Source: an uncultured Methylomirabilota bacterium (lineage in GTDB: Bacteria > Methylomirabilota > Methylomirabilia > Methylomirabilales > 2-02-FULL-66-22). From it: a DNA stretch of 64,000 nucleotides. Positions 48,023 to 57,310 of the stretch are shown here, in pieces. The position numbers and the translations under genes were made by a program. Where the stretch lies: the NCBI GenBank assembly GCA_963845565.1, contig CAWJSJ010000002.1, positions 1,248,001 through 1,312,000 on the forward strand, written 5' to 3'. The notes below the pieces were generated by a model. The model ran no database searches. It was not told the origin of the DNA and saw only the letters and a program-made list of their open reading frames with translations. Position 1 is the stretch's first letter. Each line of letters begins with the position of its first letter.

Positions 48023-49831
48023 GTGTCCGTCCATGTTCAGGAAACCGTCCGCTTGCTTTCCGGGAACGAAGCCATCGCCCGGGGCGCCTTCGAGGCGGGG
48101 GTACGGGTCGCCGCAGCGTATCCAGGGACACCCAGCACCGAGATTCTGGAGTACCTGGTAGAATACGAGGGGGTCCACGCGGAATGGGCGCCCAACGAGA
48201 AGGTGGCGGTCGAGGTCGCGTTGGGGGCCTCGATGGCCGGCGCGCGCGCCTTGGCGGCCATGAAGCACGTCGGGGTCAATGTGGCGGCGGATCCGATCTT
48301 CACGGCTGCCTACACGGGTGTGCGAGGCGGTCTGGTCATCGTCACCGCCGACGATCCGGAGATGCACTCCTCCCAGAACGAGCAGGACAATCGGCACTAC
48401 GCGCAGGCGGCCAAGATTCCGATGCTGGAGCCCGCGGACTCGGCCGAGACCAAGATCTACACGAAGCTCGCCTTCGAATTATCCGAGCGGTTCGACACGC
48501 CGGTGTTCCTGCGGACGACCACGCGCATCTCCCACGCCACGGGGCCCGTGCCGCTGGGCGAGGTGGAGCCATCGGCCGTGCCCCTCGGGTTTGTGGAGGA
48601 GCCGGCGAAGTGGGTCATGCTTCCGGTCAACGCCCGCAAGCGGCACGTGGTGGTGGAAAACCGGATGCGGGCGCTCCGCGAGTTCGCCGAGAGCTTCGAC
48701 GGCAACCGGATCGAGTGGGGCGACCGGTCCCTGGGCATCATCACGGCCGGTGTGGCGTACCAGTACGTCCGGGAGGCGTTCCCGCACGCCTCGGTTCTGA
48801 AGCTGGGGATGGCCCACCCCCTTCCCGAGCGTCTCATCCGCGAGTTCGCCGCGGGGGTGACGCGGCTGGTGGTGGTGGAAGAACTGGACCCGATCATCGA
48901 GACCCATGTGAAGGCGATGGGGATTCGGGTCGAAGGGAAGGACCGGGTGCCGGCCCTGGGGGAGCTCAACCCGCGGATCGTGCGGCAGGCGATCAGCGGC
49001 GAAGCGGCGCCGCTGCGCGAACCCGCAGCCGTGCCCAGCCGTCCGCCGAATCTCTGCGCCGGCTGCCCGCACCGGAGCCTCTTTGTCGCGCTCAACAAGT
49101 GCCGGGTGACGGTGACGGGGGACATCGGGTGCTACACCCTCTCCGCACTGCCGCCCCTCAAGAGCATGGATACCTGCGTGTGCATGGGCGCCTCCATCGG
49201 CAACGCCCTGGGCATCGAGAAGGCGCTCGGCGCGGCCGCCCGCGGCAAGGTGGTGGCGGTCATCGGCGATTCCACGTTCGTCCATTCGGGGATCACCGGA
49301 CTCATCAACGTGGTGTACAACGGGGGCTGTTCCACGGTGATCATCCTGGACAACGGGACGACCGCGATGACGGGCGCCCAAGATCACCCCGGGACGGGGA
49401 AGACGCTGCAGGGGGAGCGCGTACACCGGTTGGACCTGGCCGCGCTCTGCCGGGCCATCGGGGTGGAGCACGTGTACACGGTGAATCCGCACGACCAGGT
49501 CGAGACCGAGGCGGTCCTCCGGCGGGAACTGGACCGCGACGCGCCCTCCGTGATCATCGCCCGGGCCGCCTGCGTCCTGCTCCCCGAGCACCGCGCCGAG
49601 AAGCGTCCCGGTTACGAGGTGATCGCCGAACTCTGCAACGGCTGCAACGCGTGCGGCAAGTTGGGGTGCCCCGCCATCGAGTGGCTGCCCCTGACGCCGG
49701 AGGAGGCGGTCGCCGTGGGCAAGAAACCGACACAGAAGGGGATCGTCCGAATCAACCGTCTCATGTGCGACGGGTGTGATCTCTGCCCGTCGGTCTGCAA
49801 GATGCGCGCGATGGTCGAGGCGGCGTCATGA
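48023..49831 (+). CDS. iorA: Indolepyruvate:ferredoxin oxidoreductase alpha subunit
   Basis: GNEAIARG, YPGTPSTE, MKHVGVN, SSQNEQD, CAGCPH, GDIGCY; C-terminal Fe-S motifs. Confidence 0.95.
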   Translation: MSVHVQETVRLLSGNEAIARGAFEAGVRVAAAYPGTPSTEILEYLVEYEGVHAEWAPNEKVAVEVALGASMAGARALAAMKHVGVNVAADPIFTAAYTGVRGGLVIVTADDPEMHSSQNEQDNRHYAQAAKIPMLEPADSAETKIYTKLAFELSERFDTPVFLRTTTRISHATGPVPLGEVEPSAVPLGFVEEPAKWVMLPVNARKRHVVVENRMRALREFAESFDGNRIEWGDRSLGIITAGVAYQYVREAFPHASVLKLGMAHPLPERLIREFAAGVTRLVVVEELDPIIETHVKAMGIRVEGKDRVPALGELNPRIVRQAISGEAAPLREPAAVPSRPPNLCAGCPHRSLFVALNKCRVTVTGDIGCYTLSALPPLKSMDTCVCMGASIGNALGIEKALGAAARGKVVAVIGDSTFVHSGITGLINVVYNGGCSTVIILDNGTTAMTGAQDHPGTGKTLQGERVHRLDLAALCRAIGVEHVYTVNPHDQVETEAVLRRELDRDAPSVIIARAACVLLPEHRAEKRPGYEVIAELCNGCNACGKLGCPAIEWLPLTPEEAVAVGKKPTQKGIVRINRLMCDGCDLCPSVCKMRAMVEAAS

Positions 49832-50430
49832 GCCTCCCCTGCGGCAATATCTTTCTGGCCGGTGTGGGCGGGCAGGGGATCCTGCTGGCCTCGGAGGTCC
49901 TCGGAGAGGCCTTCCTGCGTGGCGGTTACGACGTGAAGAAGAGCGAGGTGCACGGGATGGCCCAGCGGGGCGGCGCCGTGACCACCCACCTCCGCTTCGG
50001 ACCCAAGGTCTTTTCTCCGTTGATCGAGCCGGGCGCCGCCGATCTGCTCATCGCCTTCGAGAAGATGGAGGCGCTGCGATTCATTCATTATCTCGCGCTG
50101 GACGGCGTTGCCGTGGTGAATACCCAGGAGATTCCCCCGGCCCCGGTGAGTTCCGGCCAGGAGCGGTACCCGGAGCGGATCGAGGAACGGTTGCGCGACA
50201 CTACGCCGCGCGTCCACATGGTGGACGCATTGACGGCAGCGATGGCGCTCCACGAGGTCCGCGCGGTGAACATGGTGATGACCGGGGCCGCCTCGCATTT
50301 CTTGCCGTTGCCGGAGGGGGCGTACCTGGAGGCACTGAAGAGCCGCTTGCCGGCCCGAGTGGTGGAGGTGAACGCGCAGGCGTTCCGCGCCGGCCGCGCG
50401 CTGGTCCACCCGGCTGGCGAGCGCGGGTGA
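49828..50430 (+). CDS. iorB: Indolepyruvate:ferredoxin oxidoreductase beta subunit
   Basis: GVGGQG, SEVHGMAQRGG. Confidence 0.95.
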   Translation: MSLPCGNIFLAGVGGQGILLASEVLGEAFLRGGYDVKKSEVHGMAQRGGAVTTHLRFGPKVFSPLIEPGAADLLIAFEKMEALRFIHYLALDGVAVVNTQEIPPAPVSSGQERYPERIEERLRDTTPRVHMVDALTAAMALHEVRAVNMVMTGAASHFLPLPEGAYLEALKSRLPARVVEVNAQAFRAGRALVHPAGERG

Positions 50431-50482
50431 GGCCGAGCCGCCGAGATCGAGGATGGGGGTACCTACCTAGAGAGGGGGACCG

Positions 50483-51784
50483 ATGATCTGGAACGACGAG
50501 TACGAGACGCTGCCGCGCGAGGCCTTGGAAGCGCTCCAGCTCAAGCGGTTGCGGGACCTGGTGGATCGGATGTATGCCCGGGTGCCCTTCTACCGGCAGA
50601 AGCTGACGGAGGCCGGGTACAAGTCAGGCGACATTCGGACGCTGGGCGATCTTGCTCGCCTGCCCTTCACCACCAAGGACGATCTCCGAGACAACTACCC
50701 CTTCGGCCTGTTTGCCGTGCCCATGGATCGGGTCGTCCGGATCCACGCCTCGTCGGGGACGACGGGCAAACCCACCGTGGTGGGGTACACCCGGCGAGAC
50801 ATCGACACCTGGTCGGAGTTGATGGCCCGAACGCTCTCCGCCGGGGGTACCACCAGCCGGGACATCGTCCACAACGCCTACGGGTACGGCCTCTTCACCG
50901 GGGGGCTGGGGGCGCACTACGGCGCCGAGAAGATCGGGGCGGCCGTCATCCCCATGTCCGGCGGGAACACCAAGCGGCAGATCCTGATCATGAAGGACTT
51001 CGGCTCCACCATTCTCCTCAGCACGCCCTCTTACGCCCTGAACATCGCCGAGGTGATGACGGAGGAGGGTGTGAGCCCGGCCGCGCTTCGACTGAAGTGT
51101 GGCCTCTTCGGGGCCGAGCCCTGGACCGAGGGGATGCGCCGGGAGATCGAGCGGAAGCTCAAGATCAGCGCGCTGGACATTTACGGCCTGTCCGAGGTCA
51201 TCGGACCGGGCGTCGCCTCGGAGTGTATCGAGGAAAAGCGCGGGCTCCACGTCTTCGAAGATCACTTTATCCCCGAGATCATCGATCCCGACACCGGGAA
51301 AGTGCTGCCGCACGGGGAAGCCGGCGAGCTGGTCTTCACCACGCTCACCAAAGAGGCCTTTCCCGTTCTGCGGTATCGAACGCGGGATATCTCGCGGCTC
51401 AACCCCACGCCCTGCGGTTGCGGGCGGACACTCCTCCGGATGGAGCGCATCTCTGGCCGGACGGACGACATGCTGATCATCCGGGGTGTCAACGTCTTCC
51501 CGTCCCAGATCGAGGCCGTGCTCATGGAGGTGGAAGGGGTCGAGCCCCATTACCAGCTCATCGTCACGCGCGAGGGCAACCTGGACGTCCTGGAGGTGCA
51601 GGTCGAGATCAACGAGTCGGTCTTCACCGATGCCATCAAGGGTCTGGAGCGGCTGGCGCGGCGCGTGGAGACGGACATCAAGGATCTGCTGGGGGTGTCC
51701 TGCAAGGTGCGACTGGTGGAGCCGAAGACGATCCAGCGCAGCGAGGGAAAGGCGAAGCGGGTGATCGACCATCGGAAAGCCTGA
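50483..51784 (+). CDS. paaK: Phenylacetate-CoA ligase
   Basis: [44 protein letters not shown]. Confidence 0.95.
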   Translation: MIWNDEYETLPREALEALQLKRLRDLVDRMYARVPFYRQKLTEAGYKSGDIRTLGDLARLPFTTKDDLRDNYPFGLFAVPMDRVVRIHASSGTTGKPTVVGYTRRDIDTWSELMARTLSAGGTTSRDIVHNAYGYGLFTGGLGAHYGAEKIGAAVIPMSGGNTKRQILIMKDFGSTILLSTPSYALNIAEVMTEEGVSPAALRLKCGLFGAEPWTEGMRREIERKLKISALDIYGLSEVIGPGVASECIEEKRGLHVFEDHFIPEIIDPDTGKVLPHGEAGELVFTTLTKEAFPVLRYRTRDISRLNPTPCGCGRTLLRMERISGRTDDMLIIRGVNVFPSQIEAVLMEVEGVEPHYQLIVTREGNLDVLEVQVEINESVFTDAIKGLERLARRVETDIKDLLGVSCKVRLVEPKTIQRSEGKAKRVIDHRKA

Positions 51785-51868
51785 CGCCGCGGCTGGCGGA
51801 CGAACGACGATGCGGTTGGCCCGGACTCTCCGGTGTCGTCGCCCGGCGGGCTCTCCCCCGTGGGTCGC

Positions 51869-53143
51869 ATGACCTCCGCCCGCATGCACTACGGGTTCGT
51901 GGTGTTGGTGTTGATCGTCCTTGCCGTCTTCGGGTCGCTCGGCCTGGGGCGGTTCGGCTACACCAGCATCCTCCCGGCGATGCAGGCGGGCCTCGCGCTC
52001 ACCAACACCCAGACGGGCGTGCTGCAGTCCTGGAACCTGGCCGGCTACATGCTTGCGGCGGTGTTTGCCGGCCTCCTCGCCGCGCGGTACGGCCCGCGCG
52101 TGGTGATCTCTACGGCGCTGTTCGTGACGGCGTTAGGGATGGTGCTGACAGGGCTCCTGCCCAGCTTCGAGGGCGCACGAGTGGGACGTTTCCTGGCGGG
52201 TGTGGGCGGCGCCGGGGGAAACGTGCCCGGAATGGGATTGGTTTCGGCGTGGTTCGGCGCGAGGCGGCGAGGCATCGCTGCGGGTGCCGCCGTGAGCGGA
52301 TCGAGCCTGGGACTGATCGTGACCGGCCCGCTGGTCCCGCTCATCCTGGCTCGGTACGGTGCTGACGGGTGGCGCGTATGCTGGCACATCCTGGGGGCCA
52401 TGGCGCTGGGCGTGTTCGTGCTGTGCGCCTGGCTGCTCCGCGATCGTCCGGCAGAGCACGGGCTGACGGCGGTCGGTGAGGCGGAATCGGATCGCCTTCT
52501 GGACGGCGCGGGGACCGGGACGCCGTCGTTCGCCTGGGGGTCGGTGTGGCGATCCCGTGTGGTGTGGCATCTGGCGGCCGTCTATTTCGCGTTCGGGTTC
52601 TCCTACGTCATCTACGCCACGTTCTTCATCCGATTCCTGGTCGGCGAGGGGGGGTTCTCGGCGCAGGAGGCCGGCCTGCTCTGGCTGGGGATCGGCCTGG
52701 TGTCGGTCGTCAGCGGCTTCATCTGGGGCGCCATCTCGGATCGTTGGGGGCGGCGAGTCGCCCTGATGGGCGTGTTCGCGCTGCAGGGGGCCGCATTTCT
52801 GGTGTTTGGGGCAACCCACGCCGTGGCGGCGGTCTATCTGTCGGCAGGCCTGTTTGCCGTCACCGCCTGGAGTGTCCCGGCCCTGATGGCCGCATCGGCC
52901 GGCGACCTGTTCGGCGCACGGCTGGCGCCGGCGGCCATCGGGTTGATGACGGTCGTCATGAGCCTGGGGCAAGTGTGCGGCCCGTATCTCGCGGGGCGCA
53001 TCGCGGACGCGGCGCGCTCTTTCGCGCCGGCCTTTCTGACCGCCGGGTGCGTGGCGCTGGTGCTGGGCGGCGGAGGATCGTTCCTGTTGCGCCCCCGTGA
53101 GGGTGGGGTATGCGTCGTTGATCGGAAGGAGCGGACGCCATGA
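51869..53143 (+). CDS. MFS transporter (YbfB/YjiJ-like)
   Basis: [13 protein letters not shown], about 12 TM segments, SDRWGRR. Confidence 0.88.
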   Translation: MTSARMHYGFVVLVLIVLAVFGSLGLGRFGYTSILPAMQAGLALTNTQTGVLQSWNLAGYMLAAVFAGLLAARYGPRVVISTALFVTALGMVLTGLLPSFEGARVGRFLAGVGGAGGNVPGMGLVSAWFGARRRGIAAGAAVSGSSLGLIVTGPLVPLILARYGADGWRVCWHILGAMALGVFVLCAWLLRDRPAEHGLTAVGEAESDRLLDGAGTGTPSFAWGSVWRSRVVWHLAAVYFAFGFSYVIYATFFIRFLVGEGGFSAQEAGLLWLGIGLVSVVSGFIWGAISDRWGRRVALMGVFALQGAAFLVFGATHAVAAVYLSAGLFAVTAWSVPALMAASAGDLFGARLAPAAIGLMTVVMSLGQVCGPYLAGRIADAARSFAPAFLTAGCVALVLGGGGSFLLRPREGGVCVVDRKERTP

Positions 53144-53572
53144 AGGTGGAACAGATCTCGATCTTTCTGGAGAACAAGTCGGGGCGCCTCGCCGAGGTGG
53201 CGGGGGTTCTGGCTGCCACGGGAGTCAACATCCGAGCGCTCTCGCTGGCCGACACGACCGACTTCGGCATCCTGCGCCTGATCGTGGATCAGAATCGACC
53301 GAGCCAAGCAGGCGCTGAAGGAGAACGGCTTTACGGTCGGCAAGACCGAGGTCATCGCCGTGGAGGTCCCCGACCGGCCGGGTGGCCTGGCCCAGATCCT
53401 GCGGACGCTGGACGCCGCCACCATCAATGTGGAATACATGTACGCCTTCGTCCAACGCTCGGGGGACAACGCCATCCTGATCTTCCGCTTCGACGACCTG
53501 GACAAAGCCATCCAGGTGCTGACGCAGGATGGAATTCGCGTCCTGAAGGGACAAGAGGTGTACGCGCTGTAG
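53140..53572 (+). pseudogene. Tandem ACT-domain protein with one +1 frameshift near 53292
   Basis: [17 protein letters not shown]...ILRLIVD in one frame; EVPDRPGGL...NVEYMYAF in the next. Confidence 0.88.
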
Positions 53573-53620
53573 GCGCCGTACGCGTGTGGAACCGAAGCGC
53601 CCGACGCGTGTCCCGTTCGA

Positions 53621-53815
53621 GGAATAGGGACGTAGGTTCTAAGGCGCTTTCAGGATTTCCCGAAATCTGCGGTTCGGGAGACTCCGCCAACCGATTGACC
53701 GCGGAGGACCTCACCCCTACGAAGGGCGCCACCTTCGCCCCCGAATGGTCCCTGCCCTGGACGGCCAGTTGACACAAGAGGCGCCGGGCCTGCCTCACCC
53801 TCCTCGTCCAACGCG
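53621..53815 (-). mobile_element. 3' remnant of a RAYT / Y1 transposase (C-terminal HTH) with its end motif
   Basis: [10 protein letters not shown]...[20 protein letters not shown], then ACGTCCCTATTCC, matching the end at 15635. Confidence 0.65.
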
Positions 53816-53904
53816 TGGATCCGACCGCCTTTCCATTCTTCGGAAAGTTGTTTTGGAACCTATTCCGGGATCCGTCTGGGTTACCCCAGAGCCGTCCCAC
53901 CTTT

Positions 53905-54086
53905 CCCCTTGACGCCTGCGTCCGGAGTGTCGGATAGTCTGCCCCAGCCTTGGCGCCCCCTTGGGGGGCGGGCGAGGCGCGGCGCCGGTGGCCCCCAGGG
54001 GTGGCGGCGCGGCCGCCGCCCGAATGGTCGCGCCGCCCCGAAAAGCCAATTCCTATCACCATCACCCCGATTCCTATCACCTCACC
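53905..54086 (+). mobile_element. IS91-like 3' end copy E with outward promoter
   Basis: TTGACG 53909, GATAGT 53933 (18-nt spacer); CGCGCCGCCCCGAAAAGCCAATTCCTATCAC 54059. Confidence 0.75.
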
Positions 54087-54502
54087 TTGATCGCATCAAC
54101 GTCCAGGCGGGACTCGCACTGGTGCTGCCGATGCTGCTGGTGGGGGCTGCTTTCGTCATTTATTGGCGTGGGACGAAGCGGGCGGGCGTCAGCAACGTCG
54201 TTCCCTATGCAGTGCTCCAGGGGTACTCGGTGGTAATTCTGCTGGTGATCGCGCTGCTGCAGTCGTCGCGGTACACGCGCGGCAACGATATCTACTGGGT
54301 GTTCGCGGCCTATGTGGTCGCCAAGCTCCTGGAACTGTTCGACAGGGAGATACTGGCGATCGGGCACCTCGTCGGCGGCCACGCGCTCAAACATCTCGCT
54401 GCTGCCGCGGCAGGCTTCTTGGTTTGTCGCATGTTGATGCTGCGGACGATGAAAGAACCGGAAGCGCGGCAAAGGTCGGCTGGCGCCCAGGAGAGCGCAT
54501 GA
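54087..54502 (+). pseudogene. 5'-truncated alkaline (phyto)ceramidase-like membrane protein
   Basis: PYAVLQ...SRYT...YVVAKLLELFD...GHALKHLAAA; no start codon, begins at the element end. Confidence 0.75.
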
Positions 54503-55746
54503 ACTTCCTCGGACAACCCCGGCTGGATCCTCTTCTGCTCGGCTCCCCGCTGCGTAGCACGCCGGTTGCTGTCGCGATAGCCGGTGGGCTGCTCGTTTTG
54601 CTTGCCACCGTCGCGGAGACGCTCCTCGCCTTTCTCGGGTCGCTGCGCGGCGATGTCGCCAATGTGTTCATCGGGGCGATCGCGCTGTCAACGCTGATGT
54701 CGGTGGTGCCGCTCGCGATACTGTGGTACCTCGACCGGCGCGAGCGAGAAACCCCTTGGCTGTTTGCGGCCGCGTTTCTGTGGGGAGCGGTCATGGCGAC
54801 GGGTCTCGCGCTGCCCATCAACAGCGCGATCCTGTCGAGCGTCGCGGAATGGGTGGCGCGTCACCCAGTCGTACTCGAGATCCTCGGCCCGGAGGCTCCG
54901 ACGCTCCTCGGCGCGCCGCTCGCGGGGCCGCTCGTGGAGGAGGTGACGAAGGGCGTCGGATTGCTCCTGCTGTTTTTCCTGCTGCGCGCCGAGTACGACA
55001 ACATGCGCGATGGAATCGTGTACGGCGCCCTCATCGGCCTCGGCTTCACCTGGTTCGAGGCGTCGCTCTACGTGGCGCAGGGGTATGCGGAGTTCGGCGT
55101 CCCGCCGTGGGGCGCGCAGCTTGGCTGGCGCTATGCGCTCTTCGGACTGGGCGGCCACACGATGTTCACCGCGATCCTTGGTGTTTCCCTGGGGCTCGCG
55201 GTGCAAACGCGGCGGCGCTGGCTGAAGCTGCTTGCTCCTGTCGTCGGGCTCGCGGCTGCGATCGGCGCGCATGCACTCAACAATGCGCTGCCGCTCTACT
55301 CTGCGATCCAGAGCGCCGCTGCGGGCGAGCCCCCTCCCGCGAACGAGGCCCCGCCCGACATCGGCTTTGTCGCAGCGTGGCTGCAAGGAAGCTTGATGGA
55401 GCTCACCCTGTTCCTGCCGTTCCTGGTCCTCATGGCCTTTGCGCTGTGGTGGAGCGGCGCCTGGGAGCGGCGCGTAATCCGCGACGAGCTTGCCGAAGAG
55501 GTAGGCCGGGCGGTGAGCCCGACCGAGTACGAGATGATCCTGCACGACGGGATGTTCCGCACACGGCGCATCGACCGGCTCAATTCCGCGCTCTCAGCGG
55601 CAATCGTGAATGCGCAAAACGAACTCGCCTTCCGCAAACGGCGCGCGCGCGACGAGGGCCGCAATCCGGAGGGCGACCGGCTGGTCGCCGCGTGGCGCGA
55701 GGAGATCCGGCTTCTGCGCGAGCTCGAGTGGGGCGCCGCTCAATAG
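54499..55746 (+). CDS. PrsW family glutamic-type intramembrane protease
   Basis: LDRRERE.PW, PLVEEVTK, DGIVYG, GF..FE, H..FT, HALNN. Confidence 0.9.
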   Translation: MNFLGQPRLDPLLLGSPLRSTPVAVAIAGGLLVLLATVAETLLAFLGSLRGDVANVFIGAIALSTLMSVVPLAILWYLDRRERETPWLFAAAFLWGAVMATGLALPINSAILSSVAEWVARHPVVLEILGPEAPTLLGAPLAGPLVEEVTKGVGLLLLFFLLRAEYDNMRDGIVYGALIGLGFTWFEASLYVAQGYAEFGVPPWGAQLGWRYALFGLGGHTMFTAILGVSLGLAVQTRRRWLKLLAPVVGLAAAIGAHALNNALPLYSAIQSAAAGEPPPANEAPPDIGFVAAWLQGSLMELTLFLPFLVLMAFALWWSGAWERRVIRDELAEEVGRAVSPTEYEMILHDGMFRTRRIDRLNSALSAAIVNAQNELAFRKRRARDEGRNPEGDRLVAAWREEIRLLRELEWGAAQ

Positions 55747-55864
55747 TGCAGCCGCCCTGCCGGCTCGCCCAGGTGCGGCCGGCCCGGTAGCGGTGTGCTG
55801 ATCAGTCGGAGCACAGCAGGCGTACCCGGCGCTCCGCTATTTAATTCACCTTCGGCAAGCGGCC

Positions 55865-55950
55865 AGCGGCCTCGCCACCACCACCGATCCCCTCGGCCAC
55901 ACCACGACCTCCACCTATGATGCGCGGAACCGCCGGACCACCGAGCGCGC
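55865..55950 (+). pseudogene. Isolated RHS/YD repeat fragment
   Basis: TTTDPLGHTTTSTYDARNRRTTE. Confidence 0.6.
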
Positions 55951-55967
55951 CGCCCGATGCTTCACCG

Positions 55968-55991
55968 TTGACAGTATGTCGGATGTGACAT
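55968..55991 (+). promoter_or_regulatory. -35 box with overlapping palindromic operator of the TA operon
   Basis: TTGACA followed by ATGTC-N6-GACAT. Confidence 0.5.
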
Positions 55992-56008
55992 CTCTTCTGG
56001 CCATTCGC

Positions 56009-56099
56009 GTGCCCGACAAACCGCTGGTCTGGCTCCACGACGCCGCAGCGCGTCCTTGACGCCTGCCGACAGCGCCTCGGAGCCTACGAGGCCGAATAG
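56009..56099 (+). pseudogene. RelE/HigB (Gp49-like) toxin reduced to its first ~10 and last ~20 codons
   Basis: MPDKPLVWLH joined out of frame to TTPQRVLDACRQRLGAYEAE*. Confidence 0.75.
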
Positions 56100-56111
56100 G
56101 GGAAACCCGTC

Positions 56112-56501
56112 ATGAACCGAACCAAACAGACGACGCTTGCGACGCGGGGCTGGACCGTCGGCACCGTGGCGGACTTTCTCGCCCTCACCCCCGACGAGGC
56201 CGCGTTCGTGGAAATCAAGCTCGCCTTGAGCGACGCCTTGCGCACCCAGCGCCAGAAAGCCAAGCGCTCCCAGGCGCAGGTGGCCAAGCGGTTGGGGTCC
56301 AGCCAATCCCGCGTCGCCACGATGGACGCCGGCGATCCGTCCGTCACCCTCGACCTGCTGATCCGGGCGCTCCTCGCGCTTGGGGCCACCAAGAAGACCG
56401 TCGCCCGCCCCATCGGGACCGCACGCCTCCCTCAGGCGGCCTGCTGTCCCACTGCTGCGCCCATCGAGCCGCCCAAGTATGTTACAATGCACAAGTCGTG
56501 A
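56112..56501 (+). CDS. HigA-like HTH antitoxin
   Basis: GWTVGTVADFL.L...E, SQAQVAKRLGSSQSRVA.M.AGDPSVTLDLL. Confidence 0.85.
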   Translation: MNRTKQTTLATRGWTVGTVADFLALTPDEAAFVEIKLALSDALRTQRQKAKRSQAQVAKRLGSSQSRVATMDAGDPSVTLDLLIRALLALGATKKTVARPIGTARLPQAACCPTAAPIEPPKYVTMHKS

Positions 56502-56523
56502 GACACGCGATGGGAGGCGCCTC

Positions 56524-56736
56524 GTGGAAACGCCCTCGATGCCGCGCATGGACAAGACGGTCTTTTCGGCCACTTCTCTGAGCAACGAGTCAGATGAACC
56601 GGCCTACTGGCGCGATCAATCGCCGGTGGCGCGGCTGCACGCCCTTGAACTCATGCGCCGGGTGATGTATGGCTACGATCCTGCTGCCGCCCGACTTCAA
56701 AGAATTCTTGCAGTTGTTACACGACCACCACGTTGA
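56524..56736 (+). CDS. Small conserved hypothetical protein, partner of the nucleotidyltransferase
   Basis: RMDKTVFS...YW..QSP..RL.ALELMRR..YGYD....RLQR; GGAGG RBS. Confidence 0.65.
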   Translation: METPSMPRMDKTVFSATSLSNESDEPAYWRDQSPVARLHALELMRRVMYGYDPAAARLQRILAVVTRPPR

Positions 56737-57118
56737 CTACTTGCTGATCGGTGGATATGCGGTCGGTTACCATGGTTATCCGCGGGCAACCGGTGATATG
56801 GATATCTGGGTTGCCATCAACTCTGCGAATGCTGAGAAGCTGGTTGCCGTCCTCACGGCATTTGGCTTTGAGGCGAGCAATATCTCCGCCGATCTCTTCC
56901 TCCAACCCAACAACGTCATCCGCATGGGGAATCCACCCTTGCGCCTCGAACTGCTGACCACGGTTTCGGGAATAGAGTTTGCGGATGCGTATGCGCAGCG
57001 CGTCACCGATACCCTTGACGGAGTGCCAGTCACCATCATCAGTCTGGAACAGTTGAAGATCAACAAACGGGCCAGTGGGCGCCTCAAAGATCTGAGCGAT
57101 GTCGAGAACTTGCCGTAA
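56669..57118 (+). CDS. Minimal nucleotidyltransferase-like protein
   Basis: DFKEFL, YLLIGGYAV..HG.PRATGDMDI, NKRASGR.KDL.D. Confidence 0.82.
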   Translation: MATILLPPDFKEFLQLLHDHHVDYLLIGGYAVGYHGYPRATGDMDIWVAINSANAEKLVAVLTAFGFEASNISADLFLQPNNVIRMGNPPLRLELLTTVSGIEFADAYAQRVTDTLDGVPVTIISLEQLKINKRASGRLKDLSDVENLP

Positions 57119-57194
57119 CGTTTTCCGAGTGCGCTACCATCCGAATGCCCCGTCAACTCGCCTTACCCCTCAGAGAACGCAGGCCACCGGGATC

Positions 57195-57310
57195 AGGACG
57201 ATACGCTCCGAGGGCCGCCCGATGTGGTCCCCACTGTAGAGGACAGCGCCGAAGGGGCGCTTGGCGGCTCGATCGTCGCGCCGCCTCCAAAAGCAAATTG
57301 ACCCATCACT
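57195..57310 (+). mobile_element. IS91-like 3' end copy F (degenerate -35)
   Basis: GATACG 57200; GATCGTCGCGCCGCCTCCAAAAGCAAATTGACCCATCAC 57309. Confidence 0.6.

Noticed and set aside
53280..53300. Programmed frameshift in the ACT gene or in gnd
   Set aside because: No slippery heptamer or stimulatory structure; single-base insertions explain the frames.
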